Below, one piece after another: positions 1 through 6,011 of a stretch of 60,364 nt of DNA. Under the pieces are notes generated by a model. The model searched no databases, was not told the origin of the DNA, and saw only the letters and a list, made by a program, of their open reading frames with translations. Each line of letters starts with the position of its first letter. Positions within the stretch are counted from its first letter, which is position 1. Where the stretch lies: positions 1 to 60,364 of IMG/VR virus record IMGVR_UViG_3300030328_003717; one strand, 5' to 3'. The DNA comes from a virus. Taxonomy: Duplodnaviria; Caudoviricetes. A program made the translations under genes and the position numbers.

Positions 1-118
1 TGACGTTTTAGTGGTAGAAACTGTATGTGACTTACTTGAGCTTTTAAGTAGATATGAAATATGGGTTAGGGTAGCGGGAGATACAAGCCTTTCTAAATTT
101 ATAAATACAGATAAAGCA
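1..118 (+). repeat. Direct repeat of 59287-59404 (3 mismatches in 118 bp)
   Basis: Base-by-base comparison; differences at positions 78, 93 and 104. Confidence 0.95.
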
Positions 119-154
119 GAAACAGATGCTTTTAAACTTAGGCAAGAAGGTTGA
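2..154 (+). CDS. 3' part of a small hypothetical protein, paralog of 59258-59434
   Basis: Frame DVLVVETVCDLLELLSRYEIWVRVAGDTSLSKFINTDKAETDAFKLRQEG*; truncated by the window start. Confidence 0.7.
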   Translation, partial: DVLVVETVCDLLELLSRYEIWVRVAGDTSLSKFINTDKAETDAFKLRQEG

Positions 155-178
155 CTTCTATAAGATATTTTGTATAAT
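151..178 (+). promoter_or_regulatory. sigma70-type promoter with TATAAGAT box in spacer
   Basis: TTGACT-N16-TATAAT. Confidence 0.7.
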
Positions 179-277
179 AACAGGGTGGCTAGAAACCCTG
201 ACTAGCTAGAAATTGTGAGACATACAAATAGGGTGCTCACTCTAGCCACACAACTTAACAATAATAAGGAGAACGAT

Positions 278-820
278 ATGGGAATGGACGTTTATGGATT
301 AAATCCAACAACCGAAGCACCAGCACAGCCTAACGAGAATATGCCAGAAGAGTGGAGAGAAAAAGCATGGCAAGACTATTTTGATGGTCAAGCATTAAGC
401 GGTCAATACTTTAGAAACAATGTTTGGTTTTGGCGACCACTTTGGGACTATGTTTGTGAGCTTTGTTCTGAGGTCATCACCGAAGAGGATTATGATCTTG
501 GACACAGCAATAGTGGACATGAGATCGATGGGGAGACTTGCAAGTATATTGCCAACGCTTTGAAGATCGAGTTAGACAACGGTGGCGTAGAAAGCTACAA
601 AGTTCTTTATGATCGAGCCATTGAAGCAATGCCATTGGTCGAGTGTGATATTTGCGACGGCAGTGGTCAACGAAACGACGAGTATGTGCAAGGCGATTGC
701 AATGGTTGTCAAGGCAAAGGAGAGCGCAAGCACTTCGATACTGGCTATCCTTTTGAAGTGGACAACGTTAAAGAGTTTCAACACTTTGTTGAGAACTGCG
801 GAGGGTTTAGTATATGTTAG
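278..820 (+). CDS. Hypothetical protein with DnaJ-like CxxCxGxG zinc-finger pair
   Basis: AAGGAG RBS before ATG 278 (start moved from 215); CDICDGSG and CNGCQGKG motifs. Confidence 0.75.
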   Translation: MGMDVYGLNPTTEAPAQPNENMPEEWREKAWQDYFDGQALSGQYFRNNVWFWRPLWDYVCELCSEVITEEDYDLGHSNSGHEIDGETCKYIANALKIELDNGGVESYKVLYDRAIEAMPLVECDICDGSGQRNDEYVQGDCNGCQGKGERKHFDTGYPFEVDNVKEFQHFVENCGGFSIC

Positions 821-897
821 CCGACCAAGTTTTTGTGGTTGTCATTGGTTTGGCTTTTATCATGGCAATCATTTGCATTTTAGCGACGATAGATTAG
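814..897 (+). CDS. 27-aa single-TM micropeptide
   Basis: GGAGG RBS at about 800; MLADQVFVVVIGLAFIMAIICILATID; overlaps the upstream stop. Confidence 0.5.
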   Translation: MLADQVFVVVIGLAFIMAIICILATID

Positions 898-981
898 TGG
901 TTTAGTAGCAAGGTGATGCTCCGGAGTAGGTGAAATCGCTCCATTATCAAAAGGAAGGCTAGCATCCTAAACCACTACCGA

Positions 982-1019
982 AGAGCTACCAAGCACTGTC
1001 CAAGCCGCTTGGTAGCTCT
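982..1019. other. Perfect 13-bp hairpin
   Basis: AGAGCTACCAAGC / GCTTGGTAGCTCT, 12-nt loop; no U-tract. Confidence 0.8.
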
Positions 1020-1031
1020 GAGGGTCGCCCT

Positions 1032-1070
1032 AGAAAAGACTGCTTGCTTGTCTTTTCTGACAAAAGAGCT
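1032..1070 (+). repeat. GCTTGCTTGTCT-family repeat
   Basis: AGAAAAGAC-TGCTTGCTT-GTCTTTTCT-GACAAAAGAGCT; near-identical to the 58633 copy. Confidence 0.9.
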
Positions 1071-1124
1071 GGCGGACCAGGGCCCGCTGGGCTGCAAGAA
1101 CACAGCTGTTGGTAAAGATAAGTG

Positions 1125-1153
1125 TTGTAATTATATAAGACCTGTCCTATAAT
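1125..1153 (+). promoter_or_regulatory. sigma70-type promoter with TATAAGAC box
   Basis: TTGTAA-N17-TATAAT upstream of AAGGAG RBS and ORF 1184. Confidence 0.7.
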
Positions 1154-1183
1154 AGAGGTTCAACCAATAACAAGGAGAACGTA

Positions 1184-1501
1184 ATGGACGATTACGAAAA
1201 AGAATATGAAGAAGTGTTTAAAATCACGAGAAAATCTATGGAAGCGTTGGGCGATACTATGTTAAACCTCACCAAAAAAAGAGGGGATATAACAGGCGAG
1301 TCAACCGATGCTCAGATGTTGATCGAACACTTAGTCAAGCACATGTGCGGGTTTATTCTTTGTACTTTAGCAGACGACGCTAAAGAAAGAGAAGAAGCGA
1401 TGAACATAATAAGGGAAGCAGTTAGGCATGCTGACAAGTATGCGCTAGAGGCTTTGGACGAAGCAGAAGCAAACGAAGCAAACAAATCAACCAAACACTA
1501 A
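1184..1501 (+). CDS. Hypothetical helical protein
   Basis: AAGGAG RBS, own promoter and terminator. Confidence 0.8.
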   Translation: MDDYEKEYEEVFKITRKSMEALGDTMLNLTKKRGDITGESTDAQMLIEHLVKHMCGFILCTLADDAKEREEAMNIIREAVRHADKYALEALDEAEANEANKSTKH

Positions 1502-1520
1502 ACGCCTCCTTGTTAGTGTG

Positions 1521-1549
1521 AAAGGGCTATCTTCGGGTAGCCCTTTTTT
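1521..1549 (+). terminator. Intrinsic terminator
   Basis: AAAGGGCTA-TC(TTCG)GG-TAGCCCTTT followed by T-run. Confidence 0.85.
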
Positions 1550-1576
1550 GTGCTTGAGTCCTTTGTCCATCGACCA

Positions 1577-1670
1577 AGAACAGACGCTTGCTTGTCTGTC
1601 CTCTCTAAAAAGATCACGGCCCGCAGCTGGCGCAGGACAGACTGCTTGCTTGTCTGTCCTTTCTAAAAAG
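1577..1670 (+). repeat. Two GCTTGCTTGTCTGTCCTYTCTAAAAAG repeats, 58 bp apart
   Basis: Copies at 1586 and 1644, between convergent terminators. Confidence 0.9.
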
Positions 1671-1700
1671 TTTTGCCGAAGGTTGCGCAGGAGACGGGCG

Positions 1701-1731
1701 AAAAAAAAACGCCCTCTTTCGAGGGCGTTTC
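1701..1731 (-). terminator. Intrinsic terminator
   Basis: Minus strand GAAACGCCCTC-GAAA-GAGGGCGTTTTTTTTT. Confidence 0.85.
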
Positions 1732-1765
1732 TACTTGCAACAGATTGTGGTGAACTATTAGGGGA

Positions 1766-1834
1766 CTATCTCCATGTTGCAAGTATGCCAAGAATGGCGA
1801 TAATCATCGCCACGACAATAGTGAACTCCATCAT
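1766..1834 (-). CDS. 22-aa single-TM micropeptide
   Basis: GGGAG RBS; MMEFTIVVAMIIAILGILATWR; overlaps stop of 1831-2010. Confidence 0.5.
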   Translation of the reverse strand: MMEFTIVVAMIIAILGILATWR

Positions 1835-2010
1835 TGTTGATTCTCCCATTGGTTTATGGTTGCTTCAGCAATCAGGTCAAGCGCTTCTTTGCGTTCGCAT
1901 TTGAACGAACTCATTACAGCCTTGATTTTGAGCTGCATTTCAGGTGAATTGTCAGAGCAGACTTCTTCGTAGATCCTTTCTCTCATCATTTCGTGTTCTA
2001 AGTGTGACAT
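1831..2010 (-). CDS. Small hypothetical protein
   Basis: GGAGG RBS before ATG 2010 (MSHLEHEMMRER...); start moved from 2118. Confidence 0.7.
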   Translation of the reverse strand: MSHLEHEMMRERIYEEVCSDNSPEMQLKIKAVMSSFKCERKEALDLIAEATINQWENQQ

Positions 2011-2039
2011 ATTGTCCTCCTTTGTTAAGTTCATATATA

Positions 2040-2068
2040 AGACTATCAAACTTATCCCATAGATGCAA
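2040..2068 (-). promoter_or_regulatory. sigma70-type promoter with TATGGGAT box
   Basis: TTGCAT-CTATGGGATAAGTTTGA-TAGTCT (17-nt spacer, TGn extended -10). Confidence 0.65.
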
Positions 2069-2134
2069 TACCAAACGCTGTTGTATAAAACCAACAGCTG
2101 TTGTATAAAAACAAACACATATATAAGATAAATA

Positions 2135-2162
2135 TTGACATATACTATACAATCATTAGAAT
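2135..2162 (+). promoter_or_regulatory. sigma70-type promoter, divergent from the 2040-2068 promoter
   Basis: TTGACA-N16-TAGAAT; TATAAGAT at 2122-2129 just upstream. Confidence 0.65.
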
Positions 2163-2192
2163 AGTATATGTAACTAATAAAGGGAGGCTAAT

Positions 2193-2435
2193 ATGCCAAA
2201 TATAACACAAGAAAACGACATACCTGTCATGGCTCTTACTGCTGACATCTCATCGCAAGATGTAGAGATCATCATGGGGCTTATCAAACTGTTGGTTAAC
2301 CAACGAAACGGGACAGCATCTGATGATGAGACGATGAGACTTCGTGACATCAAGAGCGCGCTTCGTGAAGGGTTGCTTCAACACAACCTAGATCAACACA
2401 ATCAGATGATGGAGGTGCAGAATGAAAATGTCTGA
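2193..2435 (+). CDS. Hypothetical protein
   Basis: GGGAGG RBS; coupled to next ORF. Confidence 0.7.
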   Translation: MPNITQENDIPVMALTADISSQDVEIIMGLIKLLVNQRNGTASDDETMRLRDIKSALREGLLQHNLDQHNQMMEVQNENV

Positions 2436-2748
2436 CCTACACATCGAGCAAATGGAGAGGGACGAAAGTCCCTCTACCATTCGGATTGAAAAGAATGTTC
2501 CATTGCCTACCGCAGCAGGCACAAGTGGCAGACCACCTTCTGAAGCAATGGTTTATTTAACTGAAGCTATTGACCAAATGAATATCGGCGACTCTTTAAT
2601 TCTTCCTGAAGAATTAGTGCAACGCGATAGTAAGTTAAAGAACCAAAACCAAGCCAAAGCCAATGTGAGAAAGGCTTTTTCAAAGCGCAACATGAAATGC
2701 GTGACAAGAGCAACTGATCTTGGCGTGAGAGTTTGGCGCATACAATAG
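2422..2748 (+). CDS. Putative small DNA-binding protein
   Basis: GGAGG RBS; IEKNVPLP...GRP...MNIGDS...RVWR pattern typical of small phage DNA-binding proteins. Confidence 0.6.
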   Translation: MKMSDLHIEQMERDESPSTIRIEKNVPLPTAAGTSGRPPSEAMVYLTEAIDQMNIGDSLILPEELVQRDSKLKNQNQAKANVRKAFSKRNMKCVTRATDLGVRVWRIQ

Positions 2749-2852
2749 GTTGTCCAAGCCTTAGAGCCTTTGCCGAACGCACATGGTAATCAAACCAACA
2801 ACGACGGACAAAGGCTCTTAAACTCGCGCTAGTTTGTTCTGAGGGCGGCTCT

Positions 2853-2904
2853 GACAAGCTAGCAAATGGGAGATAGGGGGAACCCCCCCATTTGCTAGCT
2901 TGTC
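2853..2904. repeat. Perfect 18-bp inverted repeat built from a variant of the repeat unit
   Basis: GACAAGCTAGCAAATGGG / CCCATTTGCTAGCTTGTC around AGATAGGGGGAACCCC. Confidence 0.9.
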
Positions 2905-3026
2905 TATCTTTATCTTTAGAGCAGAAAATAGACAGGCACAGAATATCCAGAAAATTTGACATTTTGCGACCCCCCTTATATAACAAAAAAGGTTAGGAGT
3001 CCCTGGGCCACCGTCAAATTTTATAT

Positions 3027-3473
3027 ATGAAAAAAACTTGCATCACTTGTAATCGAACACTTCCACAATCGGAATACACCAAGAAACGTAATGTTTGCAA
3101 ACGGTGCACCTCTTTTCAAAGAAACGTTGCAAGGAATCATACGCCGGAATCCTATCTCGCTGTGGTGTATCACAAATTAAAAACAGCAAGAGCAGATATG
3201 GAGTGGGATATTGATGCAGACCATATAAATAAATTGTGGCACAAACAAGAAGGATGTTGTGCTTTATCAGGTGTGTTTATGACGTGGCATGGAGGCGAAG
3301 GACGACAGGATCTTAATGCCAGTATTGATAGAAAAGATTCCAATAAAGGATATATAATAGGCAACGTGCAATTAGTGACACAAAGAGTCAACACCATAAA
3401 ACACACACTGGGAGAAGGAGAACTCTACTGGTGGTGCAAAAACATAATACACAACAAAGAAAATGCCAATTAA
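3027..3473 (+). CDS. HNH-like endonuclease with N-terminal Zn finger
   Basis: CITC...CKRC; CALSG...SIDRKDSNKGYIIGNVQLV...N; upstream of terL. Confidence 0.65.
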   Translation: MKKTCITCNRTLPQSEYTKKRNVCKRCTSFQRNVARNHTPESYLAVVYHKLKTARADMEWDIDADHINKLWHKQEGCCALSGVFMTWHGGEGRQDLNASIDRKDSNKGYIIGNVQLVTQRVNTIKHTLGEGELYWWCKNIIHNKENAN

Positions 3474-3651
3474 ATTTAAACCCTCAGAAAAAAATTACGA
3501 CCGCAGAACCGGGACAACCACCGTTGTTCATCATTGGATGAGAGGAACACCGACCAAGGACTTGTTAGAATCGCTTGAAAAAGAAAACACCAAGCCAAAA
3601 GTAAAACATAAAATAAGATTAGAATTGTTTCGCAGAAAGAAAAGTGGTTAA
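3463..3651 (+). CDS. Small basic hypothetical protein
   Basis: Tightly packed between the HNH-like gene and terL. Confidence 0.6.
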   Translation: MPIKFKPSEKNYDRRTGTTTVVHHWMRGTPTKDLLESLEKENTKPKVKHKIRLELFRRKKSG

Positions 3652-3653
3652 CT

Positions 3654-5135
3654 ATGAATATTGATTTGGAACGTTTGGCGGAGCAATACCCGGACGCAAC
3701 GAAAGAACTCATTGAATTGACAGAGGCATTACGCACCAAACAACTCCAACGCAATGGCGCAGAAAGCTTTCTGACGTATGTCAAACACATGTGGCCCGAT
3801 TTTATTGAAGGACGCCACCATCAGATTTTTGCTGAGAAACTTGAACAAGTTGCTCGTGGTGAACTAAAACGTTTGATTATTAACATGCCACCACGACATA
3901 CAAAGAGTGAGTTCGCATCCACATACTTTCCTTCGTGGGTTTTAGGCAGAAACCCAAAACTTAAAGTCATGCAAATTACACATACAGCAGAACTGGCTTT
4001 TCGTTTTGGTCGAAGAGTCAGGGACTTAATTGATTCCGAAGATTATCAAGCAGTTTTTCCAGGGGTGGCGCTTAAAGCAGACAGCAAATCGGCAGGACGT
4101 TGGGAAACCAGCGGTGGGGGCGAAGCGTTTTATTCGGGTATCGGCGGAGCCGTAACCGGACGGGGTGCGGATTTGTTGGTTCTCGATGACATTCACTCGG
4201 AGCAAGACGCATTATCACCCACAGCACTGGACAACGCATGGGAATACTACAGTTCTGGACCGCGACAGCGGCTACAGCCCGGTGGGGCTATTGTCATTGT
4301 GATGACTCGATGGTCGACCAAGGACTTAACAGGCAGATTATTGGCAAAACAGACACAAGATCACGCAGATCAGTGGGAAGTAGTCGAATTTCCAGCTATT
4401 TTTCCAGAGTCAAATAAGCCTTTATGGCCTGGCTATTGGAAAATTGAAGAGCTAGAGGGCGTAAAAGCGTCTATTCCTGTGTCAAAGTGGGAAGCACAGT
4501 GGATGCAGAACCCAACTTCGGAAGAAGGGGCGTTGCTCAAGCGTGAATGGTGGAACACTTGGAGCAAAAAAGAAGTGCCGCAAATGCACTACGTCATTCA
4601 AAGCTACGACACGGCGTTTAGCAAGAAAGAAACCGCGGACTACTCTGCTATTACCACTTGGTGCGTGTTTCATCCCGAAGAAGGCTCACATAGACCCTGT
4701 TTGTTACTACTAGACAGCAAAAAAGGGCGGTGGGACTTTCCAGAACTGAAAAGAATCGCATACGAGCAGTACACATATTGGGAACCAGACACCATTATTG
4801 TTGAAGCAAAAGCATCCGGTATGCCACTCACCGATGAATTGCGAGCAGCGGGGATTCCTGTAGTCAATTACTCTCCAGGAAAAGGACAAGACAAGATTGC
4901 AAGAGTGAACTCGGTTGCACCCATACTCGAATCGGGCATGGTCTATGTGCCAGAGACGCGTTGGGCGGAAGAACTCGTCGAAGAATGTGCAGCATTTCCT
5001 TTCGGAGATCACGACGATTTGGTAGACTCAACCACTCAGGCTCTTCTTCGCTATCGACAAGGGGGATTTATTGGTTTAGAATCAGATTATGATATGCAGG
5101 ACAACGAGCCTCGCAGAATCAGAGAATATTACTAG
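3654..5135 (+). CDS. terL: Terminase large subunit
   Basis: INMPPRHTKS Walker A, LLVLDD Walker B, VMTRW coupling motif, RNase H-like SYDTAF...DDLVDS. Confidence 0.95.
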   Translation: MNIDLERLAEQYPDATKELIELTEALRTKQLQRNGAESFLTYVKHMWPDFIEGRHHQIFAEKLEQVARGELKRLIINMPPRHTKSEFASTYFPSWVLGRNPKLKVMQITHTAELAFRFGRRVRDLIDSEDYQAVFPGVALKADSKSAGRWETSGGGEAFYSGIGGAVTGRGADLLVLDDIHSEQDALSPTALDNAWEYYSSGPRQRLQPGGAIVIVMTRWSTKDLTGRLLAKQTQDHADQWEVVEFPAIFPESNKPLWPGYWKIEELEGVKASIPVSKWEAQWMQNPTSEEGALLKREWWNTWSKKEVPQMHYVIQSYDTAFSKKETADYSAITTWCVFHPEEGSHRPCLLLLDSKKGRWDFPELKRIAYEQYTYWEPDTIIVEAKASGMPLTDELRAAGIPVVNYSPGKGQDKIARVNSVAPILESGMVYVPETRWAEELVEECAAFPFGDHDDLVDSTTQALLRYRQGGFIGLESDYDMQDNEPRRIREYY

Positions 5136-5145
5136 AGGAATTAAA

Positions 5146-5304
5146 ATGGACAAAGGTGAAAAGATCAAGGATCAAGGAATGGTTCCTTACGCAAAACAAA
5201 AAACCATAGCAACCAGCAAAGGGCCAAAGCCCGGCGCAGGCAAAGGTAAATCAAGAGGCAAAGGCGCAGCACTACGCGGCATCAAGTTTACAGGAGTATA
5301 TTAA
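5146..5304 (+). CDS. Small basic Gly/Lys-rich protein
   Basis: GAGG RBS; ends RGKGAALRGIKFTGVY. Confidence 0.65.
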   Translation: MDKGEKIKDQGMVPYAKQKTIATSKGPKPGAGKGKSRGKGAALRGIKFTGVY

Positions 5305-6008
5305 TGGCTATGGGAATACTTAAAGGTATTGGTAAAGGCCTTGGGTCTTTGATGCGAAGAGGCAGAGGACCAAACAGAAGGCTGACTCCTGAAGAAGTTG
5401 CGCAAAGGAATTTAATGGAGGCGAAACAGGCGACTCAAGCAGCAAAAGGGCGCTATGAAGCAGCTAGCACCCACCTAGATGAAGTGCTCCAACCCTACAG
5501 GATGAAAGACAGTTGGACCCCTGCTAGTTCAATTCCACGATATGCCCCCAGCACAGCCATGCGAGCCAAACAAGTTGGAGACGAAACCATGGGAATGATT
5601 AGAGACTCAATTATGAAAATGGATCTTCCAGCGGCTAAAAAAGTAGAAGCGATTAAATCAGCAGCAACAGCTGTTAGAAACGCAACGCCAGCTCAACTCG
5701 CTAAAGCAGATCCAGCTCAACTTTCTATGGACATTATAAAAATGGTAGGAGCAGGAGGCGCAGGACTCGTTGGAGGCATAGCACTAGAAGGAGCGGCCAG
5801 AGAAGGCAGACTTCCTGAAATGATACAAGATTCTTTTTTAGTCAGACCAGAGTTCAGAGGCATGAGAGAGCCAAGCCAAGCTGTTGGTAAAATGATGGAC
5901 GCAACTCAGATGGGTTACGACATGCCTGATCCAGAACCAGGACTTGGACAAGGAATGGTTTCTGATCTTTTCCTAGACCCAATGATTGACAAGTTGCTTG
6001 GAGACTAA
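5304..6008 (+). CDS. Hypothetical protein
   Basis: TAATG-coupled, between terL and portal. Confidence 0.75.
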   Translation: MAMGILKGIGKGLGSLMRRGRGPNRRLTPEEVAQRNLMEAKQATQAAKGRYEAASTHLDEVLQPYRMKDSWTPASSIPRYAPSTAMRAKQVGDETMGMIRDSIMKMDLPAAKKVEAIKSAATAVRNATPAQLAKADPAQLSMDIIKMVGAGGAGLVGGIALEGAAREGRLPEMIQDSFLVRPEFRGMREPSQAVGKMMDATQMGYDMPDPEPGLGQGMVSDLFLDPMIDKLLGD

Positions 6009-6011
6009 CCA

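Noticed and set aside
1-118. DGR template/variable repeat pair, or direct terminal repeat
   Set aside because: Mismatches are not adenine-specific, no reverse transcriptase is present, and the second copy is about 960 bp from the end
895-977. tRNA gene
   Set aside because: No T-loop or D-loop consensus and no canonical cloverleaf; kept only as a generic structured element
1518-1904. 128-aa ORF (also 2567-2986, 58414-58689, 58536-58826, 58709-58891)
   Set aside because: They run through terminators and non-coding repeats; peptide repeats merely mirror the DNA unit
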